Assembly: GCA_051453625.1 (NCBI GenBank)
Contig: JBOZIK010000001.1
Coordinates: forward strand, 33,561,613 to 33,614,383
Direction: 5' to 3'
Origin: Welwitschia mirabilis
Taxonomy: Eukaryota
Length of the DNA: 52,771 nt
Below, piece after piece: positions 11,165-24,312 of this stretch; the first letter of the stretch is position 1; every line of letters begins with the position of its first letter. The notes under the pieces were generated by a model. It had not been told where the DNA came from. It was given only the letters and a program-made list of their open reading frames with translations, and searched no databases. The position numbers and the translations under genes are program-made.

Positions 11165-12180
11165 TGTTGCATCTTTTGATTGCCTATTGATGATAAATCA
11201 AATTTCAAGTAACGTAAAAATAATGTCTTATATGATTTGTGTAGATCTTGAAGAAAGTTTGGATGCTTAAACACATAAAGAACAAATTAATCAAGCATAA
11301 GACTATACTAGATAGATGGTCAACTAACATAAGGAAATAGACCACATGCTAAAGAGAAGGAGAAAAAATAACTTATGAATGGTTGAATAAACATGACTTA
11401 GGCCTAAGTGTCTATTGCAAATAACTAGATTTGTTTAGTAAGTGGTTAATCAGTTGAATAAGAGGGTCAACTATCCATAATAGTTGCACTTGAACATTTT
11501 AATAACTAATTAATTAGTATCTCCAAGGGGCCGATCACCTAAAGATTTTTTCACTACTTCAACATCAGTAGGGAATTAAGTGGCTTAAAATCAAGGTTAA
11601 CTAGCTAAGGGGTTTACTAGCTCCTATTAAGGGATTGACTTGCATGCACTTAGATGTCACTATAGGAAGCCTTTAGAAAGTGAAACTTAACCATTTTATC
11701 TAGCATTAAGATGATAAACAATTATTTTGAGTCACTCTAATAGCTACATTTCTTGAAAGCTTGATCTATAATAGTTAGAATTCATTCTCTACATAATCTA
11801 AACATTATTGTACTTGTAAAGAACTTTTAGATATCTAATCATTGTACTTAATTATGGGATAGCACTATTTTACTTCCTTTCTCCCACTATGCTCAATCTT
11901 AATTTTTGAATAAGCTTAATTACTTACTTGATGGCTAAGGATTATTGGAAAATTTTATTGTAATTAGTGAATGACTACCCAGAGTTCCATAGAATTGATT
12001 GATGGAAACTTTGTTATAAAGGGAAACATGCTTGTTTTCTATTCTATTGTGTAATTTTCATTGTGCTTATTACTTGATTTTATAAATAAACTTAAATTTC
12101 ATCATAATCTACATTTAGTGAGTGCAACTCTCCACATTTTTAATTATAAAAGTATATAAGCATTAGTTAAACATTCAAAA
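11165..12180 (+). repeat. 5' LTR of element A (3' end and PBS deleted)
   Basis: Colinear with 29439-~30450 (e.g. ACACATAAAGAACAAAT, CTAATAGCTACATTTCTTG); lacks the terminal CCTATT...CCTAACA block. Confidence 0.75.
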
Positions 12181-14888
12181 AGATTAGAAGCTTTTCTACC
12201 ATTAAAGAAATTTGGCAATATTTATAATTCACTTATAAAGGAATCTCAACTTAAGGAAACATAAAAAAATAGATGCTTATAAACCAAATTTTATAAACCA
12301 AATTGAACAAATAAGAATGTAAGAGGTTGAGACCTTTACAATCTTTAATAAGAAGTTGATTGACATAGTAAATGATCCTTGGGGGCTTGAAGAACCACTT
12401 ACAACTAGTTAAATAATAGAAAGAATCTTAAGGACCCTTTCTAAAACAACATTCTCCCTATTGAAAACACCAAAGATTTTGAAAAGATCAAGCTAAAAGA
12501 TGTAGCAAATGACATCCTCACCTCTTAATCAATACATTTTCATAATGGTAATAAAGGAAATGGTATGTTACTTAATGCTAATAAAATTACATATTCCAAG
12601 TCTAAATGTAAAGATGATAATACTAGCTCATGTTCTTATAATTCTAATTCTAAGATTAATAAAGAGTTAGATTTATTTACTAGAAAGTTCAAAAGAATGT
12701 TGATAAGTAAGAAGTAAAGAAGCAAAGGAAACAAAAATGCAAGTGTTTATTATAAATAATTAATGAATTATATAACATTATCTTGTTATATAAGAAATAA
12801 TACTTTGAACAACATGTTGATCAAGTAAAGAACACTAAGCAACATGAGCGGCTTGAGATACATACCAGCTCTTTCATCTTCTTTTGTTCCTACTTCCTTA
12901 AGAAAATTTTCATTATTTTCTAATGGTAAAGTTTCTTTCATAAAAAGTAGCAAATTAGGTAATGTTAAAGCCTACTCTTCTAGGATTGAATTTGATAAAA
13001 GTCATATAAGTTATCTCATTTGTCATTTTTGTAATAGGGTTGCACACACTACCTTGACTTGTATTTTAGTAACATTTTCAAAGTTCAATAGTCTACCTCA
13101 TTTCCATTCATTAAAAAGCAACAAAACCTTGATATTTGATGGATTAATGGTAAATCTCATAAAATTTTATTAATTAATATTACTTTATCTACTACTAATG
13201 ATATTTATTAGTATTTTAACATTGACTATTCAAGGCATATGTCAGGGGATATAAGCAGATTTATTAACATGGATAAATGTGATGGAGCTGATATTAATTT
13301 AGAGACAATGGCAAGGAGATGGTGGAAGGCATTAGAACTATTAAAGGAAAGTAATTTCTAACCATCCACAATTTGTTATATGTGAATGGACTAAAGCTTA
13401 ATATTATTAGAACTAGCTAAGAATGTAATAGAGGTGTGTATGTTTTATTTAGTGCCTTTAATTTTCATGTGTTAGATAAATATAATGACATAATTCTTTT
13501 TGATAGTAGAGACAAAAGCACATACTTCATTAATCAATTGTTAAGTACTAAGTATTTATCATTTATCTCCTTTGGTAAAATCAGGTAATGGTATAATTAA
13601 CTAGATCATGTTAATTAAAAGAATGTTAATTAAAAGAATATTAGCAAAATTTCTAAACATGGTCTAGTAAAGGATATGCTAGAAATTAATAAAATAAAAG
13701 AAGAAATTTGTCAAGCCTATCAATTAGGAAAGCACACCTAGAAAAGTTTCATAAATATTGGTCAAGTAGTATTCCAAATATCATTAGACTTTCTTCCTCT
13801 AGACTTAGTGAGATTAGCTCTTTTTAAAAGTCCAAGAAGAAAGAAATATATGTTGGTAATAATGGACGACTACTTTAGATTTTCTTGGTTTTTATTCTTT
13901 AGAAATAAAAATGAGGCATTTGATAAGTTTGAAGTGTTGTGAAAAATACTCGAAAATGATGATGGTCATAAATTAAAGAAAATGAGAAATGATGACAAAT
14001 TTGAAAATGAAAAATTTAAGTCAAGGTGTCAAGATAAAGGGATATTCATGAGTTTTTAGCTTCTAGAAGTCCTTAACAATATGGACTCATGGAAAGAAAG
14101 AATAGAGTGATTCTATGATAATGTTGTAGGATAAAGATATAATTAAAATATCTTGGACTAAAGCATTTAATACTACTTGCTCTAAGTAAGCCTTTCTTAG
14201 ATCAAGAATGACTAAGACTCCCTATGACTAGTGGAAAGGAAAAAAACATAATGTATCCTACATGAAGATATTTGGAAGTAAATTCTACATTGTAAAGAAA
14301 ATNNNNNNNNNNNNNNNNNNNNNNNNNNNNNNNNNNNNNNNNNNNNNNNNNNNNNNNNNNNNNNNNNNNNNNNNNNNNNNNNNNNNNNNNNNNNNNNNNN
14401 NNAAAATAAAAGAACATTAAGAAATTTAATTCAAAATTGGTAAAAGGAATTTTCTATAGATAGTTAGAGATTTATAAAGCCTACCAAGTATTTAAGTCCT
14501 ACTTTGGAAAACTGGAAGAATGTGTGCATGTAAAGAGTAAAGAGAAAGAAGGAAATAATGTTAGTGATGAATATAAAGAAGTGGATGTAATCTTGAAAAG
14601 GATAAAATCTTGAAATGTTCAACATCTACAACTTCTAATTATCCTTCCTCACCTAAGTGGTTAACCTCTTCAACTCCTTAACTACAATTAAAGGATGTCC
14701 TTATGCTTACAAATCTTTTCATTAACTTTGTTATAGGTGATGTATTTGATAAGGCAAAGATTAAAAGTTTAACATGTACTAATGTTTACTTTGGTTTAAT
14801 GTTAGAATCAAAGAACTTTAATGAAGCTAAGAATGATTGGAGTTGGATAAATGTTGTGTAATATGAATTAAACCAATTTGAGAAGACA

Positions 14889-16049
14889 TGTTATATTATA
14901 TTTTTGCCAAGTTGATGTTAAGCTAACATTTTCTAGTGTAACAAAATATGTTGTAATTATTGTATAAAATAATAATTCTTGTAGGTTAAAAGTAACCTGA
15001 CATTTTTCACTAACTTTACTTAAACCTGATAAGTAATAGATTAAATAAGGGATCAACTAAATCCCATAAGGGTCAACTAGACTTGTACGAAAAATCATCA
15101 AATCCACTTTATCAAGGGATTGATCAAATTTCATAAGGGTCGACCAGACTTATGCTAAAAATGTTCTATAAAATTTCATAAGGGGTCGACCAGATGAAAA
15201 GGGGGTCAACCAGACCTATACCATATGTAGTCAACCAAATTCTAGATGGGGTTAACTAGACTATATAATGTAAAGAACTCAGATTGACTGAAAGAATATG
15301 AAGTTGAGTGATTTAAGCGACAACACTCAATGGGATCAAATGGATTCTTCAAGGGGTTGACTGGTCATGGTAGAAACTGAACTTTTTAGCCTATTTTCTA
15401 GCCATTCTCTTATTATATTTTATTCATTGAAATATTGGATTCATGTGTAAAACCCTAAAAATCCATCATCTATATAAGTCATAAAAATCAAAATCTTGAC
15501 ATATCTTTTTTTTCTTGGGGGCATAGACTAAAGATCAGAAAAAGAAACTCTTTTGTACTATTGAGATCTTGGTCAAATAGACTGCACTGTACGTACTTAG
15601 ACTGGTGAACTTTCTTTTAAACAGTGTATTTTTTGCCTTGTTATGCTTTAGATCAGGTGGAATAAGTATATTCTAGAATGCTATTATCATCTAAAGCTTT
15701 GCTATTTAAATATTGAGACTTATCCTTGGAAGGTCCATTTGTAAAGGTTACAAGTTGACCTAAGAAACCTAAAAAGAAAGCAACAGGGATCCTGATCAGC
15801 TTAGAGTTGAAGCTGACTGCTGAGAGTGGAGTAGAAGGCTTTCTGAACCACTATAAAATGTGTGTTTAGTGATCATTTTTTTATATTTATGTTTTCAGTT
15901 ATTTCCATGTTCCTTCATTTAATCCTGCTTAACAATAGCTTAGTTCGTTAATTGGAATAATCAATATTTATTGATGAATTCTTATAAGAGTAATATTTAA
16001 TTTTTAAACTTATTCATCTCCCCACTCCTTTAGGGTTCTAGATCTAACA
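14889..16049 (+). repeat. 5' LTR of element B
   Basis: TGTTA...TAACA termini, GGTCGACC-type array at ~15050-15365, AAACCCTAA at 15450, TATA at ~15470, followed by PBS. Confidence 0.9.
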
Positions 16050-16115
16050 TCTGGTATTAAAGCTAGGTTGAGTTAGTCTTAGACCCTAACATATCTTAAC
16101 TCCAGAAATCAAACT

Positions 16116-19100
16116 ATGAGTAATCCTATTAATGGTCTCTCTACCAAAAGACAACGTATGCTTGATGGAATTAACTATGTTTACTAGAAAGTTCGGATGA
16201 GAATCTTTCTTAGATATCTTGATGTAGACACTGAAGAGATTATCTATAATGGATATGTTATATCCATAATAGCTAAAACTAATAGTAATGGCACATTAAT
16301 AATTGTTGAAAAACCTCAAAACCAATAGATCCTATTGACAAAGCCAAAGCAATCATAGATGCTCGTGCTTTTAATGCAAGTTTTTCTGTAGTATTTGTAG
16401 GTGAATTTAAGAGGATAGTTAATTATGAACATGCCAGAAAAGCTTGGGATATACTTGAAATAGCCCATGAGGGGATATTCAAAGTAAAATAGGTAAAGCT
16501 ATAAATAGAGATATTTGCATGGAAGAAGAAGAAACTCTGTAGGACCTATTTGCCAAATTGATAAATATAGTAAACTTAATGGCAAGTCTAAGTAAAAAGA
16601 TGAATGAAGAAAAAGTGGAACGAAAAGTACTAGGATCTCTTCCAAATCATTTTGAGACAAAGATCATGGCCATTAAGGAAAGTAAGAACATTAATTGAAT
16701 AGCCTTGGTTGAACCACAAGGTAATCTTCAAACTTATGAATTAAAGTTATCTAAAGATAAAAAGAAAAGTCTTACATTAAAAAGTGTGCAAGAAGATTTT
16801 AGATTTAAAAGATTAGATGAAGATCTTAGTGAGGATGAAGTTGCAATATTAGCAAGAAGGTTTAAAAAATTCTTGCACAGAAGAAAAAGAGATGGTGAAC
16901 TAAGCAAGGGACTAAAGAGGGATTAATCTAAGCCAAGAAGAGATCAAGAAAAAGGAAAGAAAATCTAGTTCTATGCCTATAAAGGATACAAACATTTACA
17001 AATAAGTGTCCTAGTAATAGAACAGATTAGAGAAAATCCAAAAAACCATCTTTCATTATCACTTGGAATAATATAGATGAAGAAGAAGACAGTAGCTCTA
17101 GTCAATAATCAAATGGAGATGGGATACTTTCTTTCATGGCAATAGCTCATTCTTTGAAAAACACGCTATGCTCAACTAAACCATATAACTTAGACCTTGT
17201 TAAAGAAAGTAAAAAAGAACTAGAAGACACCTGCCAAAAACTATACTTGAAATATGAAAAGTTGTTAAATTAGATCAATAAGTTAAATAAAATAGTGAAT
17301 GCCCTAAACAAGGAAAAAGAAGAGTCGGAGGGTAAACAAAATATGGTTTAATTAGAAAACATTAAGATAATTCAAGAGGTAAAAAGCTTATCTCATTTGT
17401 TAATAAATTTTGAAATAGTTCTCATAAATTAAAACAAATGCTTGGGATACAAAAATTAGTCCATCAGAAGAGAGGCATTAGTTTCACCGCTCCAAAACCA
17501 CCCAATCAGTCGAATAAGATAACCCAGCAAAATAATTCTATTTCAAAAATTATTTGTCTGTGGTAACTTAGATCACTCAAAATTATTTTGCAAATTTAGA
17601 AAGGTAATGTTATTTTTAAATCTTATTAGTACCTTTTCATTTAAATTTATTTCAAAGAACTATGTACCATAATAGTCCAAAAGAACTAAGTGGGTAAGGG
17701 CTAATAATTTGAATTTTTTTAATTCAAACGATATTTAAGGTATCAAATGGAACTTGTTAATATTTGAATAATGGTTGTTCTCGATACATGACAAGTGAAA
17801 AATCAGAATTTTAGCACTTGGATAATTTTGATGGAGGAGGAGTAACCTTCGATAATAATGGAAAAGCCAAAAGTAAAGGCATTGGAAGCATGGGTAAAGG
17901 TAACATGCCTAAAATCAATGAAGTTTTATATGTGAATGGTCTTAAACATAATTTACTTAGCATTAGTCAAAATTGTGATAAGGGTTATAAAGTTATTTTT
18001 AATAGTAAAAAATGTGAAGTTAGACATGGTAAAACAAATGAGGTTCTTCTTAAAGCAAATAGAATGGACAATGTTCACAGTATTGACTGACCTTCTTCTA
18101 TGTGTCATTTTTCTTATATAAACAAGAAGAGTTATGCTACCAATGGGTAGGACATGTAAACTACAATCATCTTAAAACCATCATTAAAAAATAAATTATG
18201 AAAAGAATTTCTCGAATTAATATTGATTAACATGGATTGTGTAACACATGTTAAAAAGGAGAACAAGTTAGAACCTCCCACAAGAGTAAAACTTTAGTCT
18301 CCTCAATAATGCCACTTGAACTCATTTACATGGACTTAGTGAGACCTATCCAAACCAAGAGTCTAGAAGGAACATGATATTTTTTGACTATGGTAGATGA
18401 CTTCTCTAGATTTACTTAGATTTCCTTCCTAGGAAACAAGGATAAAACCTTCAAAATTTGTGTTGAAATTTGTAAAAAAAATCCAAAATAAGAAAGGATA
18501 CACTATTACATGAATTAGAAGTGATTATGGAGAAGAATTAAAAAATCATCTTTTTAAGAAATATTGTGTGAACAACAGTATAAAACATCAGTTTTTATCC
18601 CTAAAGACTCCACAACAAAATTGAATTATAGAAACAAAAAACNNNNNNNNNNCTTCAAGAGATGGTAAGAACAATGCTAAATGATAAGGAAGTACCTAAA
18701 ACTTTTTGGGCTAAAGTACTACATGCTATATTATCAACAGAGCTTATCTAAGATTGAGTATGGATAAAACTCCCTATAAAATCTAGAAAGGAAGAAAGCC
18801 AAATGTATCATATTTTAAGGTCTTTAAAAGTAAATGTTTTATTCTAAAAGATAGAGAACATTTGAGAAAATTTGAGTCCAAAGCTAGCAATTTTCCTTGT
18901 TACTTAAGTCGGAGTAGAGCTTACTAAGTNNNNNNNNNNNNNNNNNNNNNNNNNNNNNNNNNNNNNNNNNNNNNNNNNNNNNNNNNNNNNNNNNNNNNNN
19001 NNNNNNNNNNNNNNNNNNNNNNNNNNNNNNNNNNNNNNNNNNNNNNNNNNNNNNNNNNNNNNNNNNNNNNNNNNNNNNNNNNNNNNNNNNNNNNNNNNNN

Positions 19101-21150
19101 NNNNNNNNNNNNNNNNNNNNNNNNNNNNNNNNNNNNNNNNNNNNNNNNNNNNNNNNNNNNNNNNNNNNNNNNNNNNNNNNNNNNNNNNNNNNNNNNNNNN
19201 NNNNNNNNNNNNNNNNNNNNNNNNNNNNNNNNNNNNNNNNNNNNNNNNNNNNNNNNNNNNNNNNNNNNNNNNNNNNNNNNNNNNNNNNNNNNNNNNNNNN
19301 NNNNNNNNNNNNNNNNNNNNNNNNNNNNNNNNNNNNNNNNNNNNNNNNNNNNNNNNNNNNNNNNNNNNNNNNNNNNNNNNNNNNNNNNNNNNNNNNTCGG
19401 AGTAGAGCTTACCAAGTATTCAATAAATGAAGTCTAATAGTGGAAGAATCCATAAATGTGTAAATAGATGACTTCAGCACCAGACCTCTACTGCCAAGTG
19501 GTGAATCTTACTACAATAAATATCTCTATTATCAAAGAAGTATTAAATGGAAAAGAGGAAGAAACAACTCAAGAAACTACCTACAAAAAGTTCAAAGAAC
19601 TAACAGATCACCCTTTTGAGTCAGGTACTAGTAANNNNNNNNNNNNNNNNNNNNNNNNNNNNNNNNNNNNNNNNNNNNNNNNNNNNNNNNNNNNNNNNNN
19701 NNNNNNNNNNNNNNNNNNNNNNNNNNNNNNNNNNNNNNNNNNNNNNNNNNNNNNNNNNNNAAAAAGAATTACAACAATTCAAAAGAAATGATGTTTAGAA
19801 ATTAGTAGAAATAACAAAGGATCAAGACGTAATGGGAATAAAATGGGTTTTTAAGAATAACTATGATGAACACAACAATGTGATTAAGAAGAAAGCCAGA
19901 TTAGTGGCTTAAGGATACAATCAGATTGAAGAAATAGATGTAGGAGATGCATTTGCTCTTATGACAAGACTGGATAGTATTAAAATGTTTCTTTTTAATG
20001 CTACCTTTAAAAAGTTTAAAGTTTTTTAAATGAATGTAAAAAATACCCTTTTAAGTGAAAACCTCAATGAAGAATTTTATGTAGAGCAACCATAAGGATT
20101 CGTAGATCCACATAAACCAAACCATGTCTATAGATTTAAAAAGATGTTGTATGGTTTAAAATAGGCACTGGGGGCATGGTATGAAAAACTAACATAATTT
20201 CTTAAAGAAAATAGTTATATCTGTGAAGCAGTAGATAAAACTCTCTTTGTTAAGAATTTTAAGAAATACTTTATCACCATTCAGATCTATGTTGATGATA
20301 TAATTTTTAGAGCCTCAAAAGAGGGCCTCTTAAAAGAGTTTGCTAATATTATGACAACACACTTTGAGATGAGCATGTTTAGTGAGGTAAGCATGTTGCT
20401 TGGTCTATAAATTAAATGAACAAAATAAGGTATGTTCATCTCTCAATCAAAATACTCAAAGAAGTTAATTAAGTGATTTTGGCTTGAAAATGCAAAGTCA
20501 ACTAACACTCCTATGTCAACTTCATGTAAAGTTAGCCTTGATAATAATGGTAAATTAGTGGATCAAAAATTTTATAGGAGCATGATAGGGAGCTTATTAT
20601 ACTTAAATGCTAATGTTTATTGTTGATGTGTGTGCAAGATATTAGATTAATCCTAAGAAATCACATCTCCATAGAAACTTCATTTGAACTTACAGGTTTT
20701 AGTAATACATACTAGGCTATTTGCAAAATGATTGTAAGAACATTAGTGGAGACTATTTCTTTCTAGGATTATGGTTAGCAAGATGGGCAAGTAAGAAGCA
20801 AAATTCTTTTTCTATTTTCAGAATAAAAGTAGAATACATAATGATAGATAGTTGTACCCATCTTCTATAGATGAGAGAAATGCTCAAAGATTTTGGAGTT
20901 AACTATATTAAGGTGTCATTTTTTTGTGATAATAGAAGTGCAATTAATATTTCAAAAAACCCTATTCAACATTTTCAAAATAAACATATTGAACATAGAT
21001 ATTAGTTTCTTAAATATCAGGTAGAGAAGGGTAACATTTCCATGAATTTCATAAGCATTGATAGACAACTAGCTAATATTTTTATGAAACCCCTTTAACA
21101 ATTTTTTAAGCCTTCATCATGAATTAGGGATTGCCTTTCCCTCTTCTAAC
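16116..21150 (+). pseudogene. gag-pol of element B (many stops, gaps and deletions)
   Basis: MSNP...DGINYVY*KVRMRIFL, ILARRFKKFL, PR *YLNNGCSRYMT (17758), VLYVNGLKHNLLSISQ, IN VDDFSRF, RT QIYVDDI (20282), RH SKNPIQH..KHI. Confidence 0.9.
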
Positions 21151-21524
21151 TGAAAGCAAGGTAGTTGACCAAATTTATAATTTAGTCAACTAGACCTGGA
21201 GAAGTTAGGTTAACTAAAACTTAAACCCATTGCCCGAACTTCCCCCAAACAAAATAAAACCAGTTGGATTGATCAAAGTTTAGTCCTGGTTAACCAAATC
21301 TAAAATAAACTTTTTGACCCATGCCTCAAGGGGTTGATGGAACCATAATACAGTCTACCAAACCTGTAGGGTTAAGAGTAGAACAAAGGAAATGGAATTG
21401 ATTTTTTCCTCAAATTTAACTTATTTCATCCCCTCTTATAAAATCTTTTGGAATCCTACCTTCCTCATTTTCACCTATCTCCTTGTCTATTTTCTTTTAC
21501 TTCTCTTGGTCTTCAACAAGTACC

Positions 21525-22570
21525 ATGTGTTTCAATAGTAGAAGGACCTTCCAGAAGAACAAGATAAAAGGAGGCTACAAGCAAGGATCAAGGCTATTTC
21601 TACTTAGGAATGTTAGATGAAGCCCTAGATAAGTTAACCAAGAAGTTTGAAAAGAAGCCTATCTATCAAGAGAGGTCAATAGCTTCAGTAGAACTCAGAG
21701 AACTTAGGGATATGGTAAGACTAATTAATGATCTGGATCTCCCTTATTTCCTTGATTTTTTTTGGGTTTGCATACCTTTTTCTTATCTGCATGTTTTATT
21801 GCAATGCCTCTTATGATGTGGATTTCTCTACCCTTCCAATGCTTGTGTTAGAGAAAAGTATACAAGTTACCCCAGATCTAATAGCCTTCCTCATAAATCT
21901 CCTTAGAGGAGATTATGAGGAGTTCTAATCTTTAAGTGATTCCATGGAGGACAAGATAAAAGTTACCAGGGAGCTTTATGGAAAACTCATTTGGTGGAAA
22001 ACCACCCTTTTCACCTCCTATCTTATTCCAAAATATCATTTTCTTCATCTAGTTTCTACCTATAATTTTTTACTTCTTGTTGGTTATCATGATAAGACCT
22101 CAAATTATCATGCTTTTCTTCTGTATTTGGTGGAAACTCATTACTCCATTAATGCTCTTGCCAGTGTTCTTAATAATATGGTCTCTTAGCTAGAATACCA
22201 TAAAACTTGGGCTCTTCCTTACTTTGTCTTAATTGCAAATATCTATTGATACTTTAGGGTCTAAATTGACTCCAAACTTGAGACCCTAACTCCTATGTCT
22301 TTTATTGGGTGTGCTACTCTTCTTGCATGAATATTTTCTCTGGCTCCAAAAAATCTTTTAAATCTCCTTCTCTAAAGTAGACCTATCCTAAAGAGACTCT
22401 TTCATACCTCAAGAGGCTAGACTCTAGAACTCGTCATATGAAGAAGACACTTATTGTAGTAGGGCATGAAATTGTAAACACTTTTGAGGAAGTCCATAGC
22501 TCTACACAGAAGGCAGGAAAAGAAGAAGAAGACCCAGATTTTGAAGAAGAATCTGAGGAAAAGGAAGAAT
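21525..22570 (+). pseudogene. env-like ORF of element B
   Basis: KKPIYQERSI, CMFYCNA, SIQVTPDLIA and an acidic C-terminus; same position and motifs as the 2130-3163 ORF. Confidence 0.65.
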
Positions 22571-22974
22571 AAGTAGACTAATTGCCTCATTTTTGCTATT
22601 GTTGTTATCTTTTTTTACTACTATTTTATCTTCTTTATCATTAATATTAAAAGAGGAAAAAAACAGTCTAGAAAATTAGTTTTGGTTAATCATTTTTACA
22701 TGATTATTTATTAGTTACACTATGTAAGCTTCGTTAATAGTAATGAATGTCTATATCAATTATCTCACTTATTAATGAATGATATATTTCCCATAGACTA
22801 TGCTTTCAAAAGTTTATTTAACTAGCTCTTTTTGTAAAACCATTATGAATGCTTATTTGAAATAAACATGATCAATAATATTTCATAATTTTATTATGGA
22901 TATTTTATGAGGGGGAGTTTTCAAATTAATATATACAAATAAGTATAGTTTGCATCAATGTTAAAGGAGGAGAT

Positions 22975-24312
22975 TGTTAAGCTATATTTTTGCCAAGTTA
23001 ATGTCAAACTAACATTTTCTAGTGTAGCAAAATATGTTGGAATTCTTATAGAACATGATGATTCTTATAGGTTAGAAGTAACTTATCATTTCTTACTAGC
23101 TTCACTTTAACTTGAAAAGTGGCAGATCAAATAAGGAGTAAATTGAATCCCATAGGGATCAACTAGACCTATACCAAAAATTATCAAATCCAGTTTATCA
23201 AGCAGTCGATCGGATTGTAGAGGGGTCGATTAGACCTATGCTAAAAATGTTTTATCAAATTTCATAANNNNNNNNNNNNNNNNNNNNNNNNNNNNNNNNN
23301 NNNNNNNNNNNNNNNNNNNNNNNNNNNNNNNNNNNNNNNNNNNNNNNNNNNNNNNNNNNNNNNNNNNCAAATCCAGTTTATCAAGAAGTCGATCGGATTT
23401 TAGAGGGGTCGATTAGACCTATGCTAAAAATGTTTTATCAAATTTCATAAGGGGTCAACTAGACAAAAAGAGGGTTAATTAGACTTAGATCATATGTAGT
23501 CAACTGAATTCTAGATGGGGTTGACCACACTAAGTAACATAAAGAACTTAGGTCAAATGAAAGAATATGGGGTCAACTGAATTTAGTGATAGCAGTCAAT
23601 GAGGTCAACTGGATATTCAAGGAGTTGATCAGTCATGGTAGAAATAGAATTTTTTAGCCTATTTTCTAGCTGTTATCTTATTATTTTTTTATCCATTGAA
23701 ATATTGGATTAATTTGTAAAACCCTAAAAATCCATCATCTATATAAGCCATACAAGTCCAAATCTTAACATACCTTTTTTTTCCTAGGGGTACAGGTCGA
23801 AGATCAGAAAAAGGAACTATTTTATACTATTAGGATCTTGGTTAAATAGATTGCACTGTACATATTTAAAGCTATGAACTTGATTTCAGATAGTGTATTT
23901 CTAACCCTATTGTACTTCAGATCAGGTGGAATCAATGTATTCTAGAATGCTATTGTCACTTAAAGGTTTACTCTATAAAGATTGGAACTTAGCCTCAAAA
24001 ATTCTATTTGTAAAGTTACAAGTTATCCTTAGAAACTTGGAAGGAAAGCAACAAGGATCCAGATTAGTGTAGAGTTGAAGTTGATCATCAAAGTGGAGTA
24101 GGAGGTTTTCCAAACCATTATAAATCATGTGTCTGGTGATCTTCTTTGATATTTTATGTTTTCAGTTATTTCCATGTTCCTTCACTTAATCCTACTTAAT
24201 AATAGCTTAGTTCATTAATTGGAATACTCAATATTTGTTGGTGAATTCTTATGATAATAGTATTTAATTTTTAAATCCTATTCATCCCCACTCTAGGGTT
24301 CTAAATTCAATA
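22975..24312 (+). repeat. 3' LTR of element B (contains an assembly gap)
   Basis: Colinear with 14889-16049; preceded by PPT; terminal CA decayed to TA. Confidence 0.9.

Larger units (their letters stand above)
14889..24312 (+). mobile_element. Near full-length SIRE-like Ty1-copia element B, nested in the RT of element A
   Basis: LTRs 14889-16049 and 22975-24312, PBS TGGTATTAAAGC at 16052-16063, PPT AAAGGAGGAGAT at 22963-22974, TSD AGACA/AGACT. Confidence 0.92.

Noticed and set aside
23186..23450. Duplication inside the B 3' LTR
   Set aside because: Flanks a gap and is absent from the 5' LTR; probable assembly or haplotype artefact.
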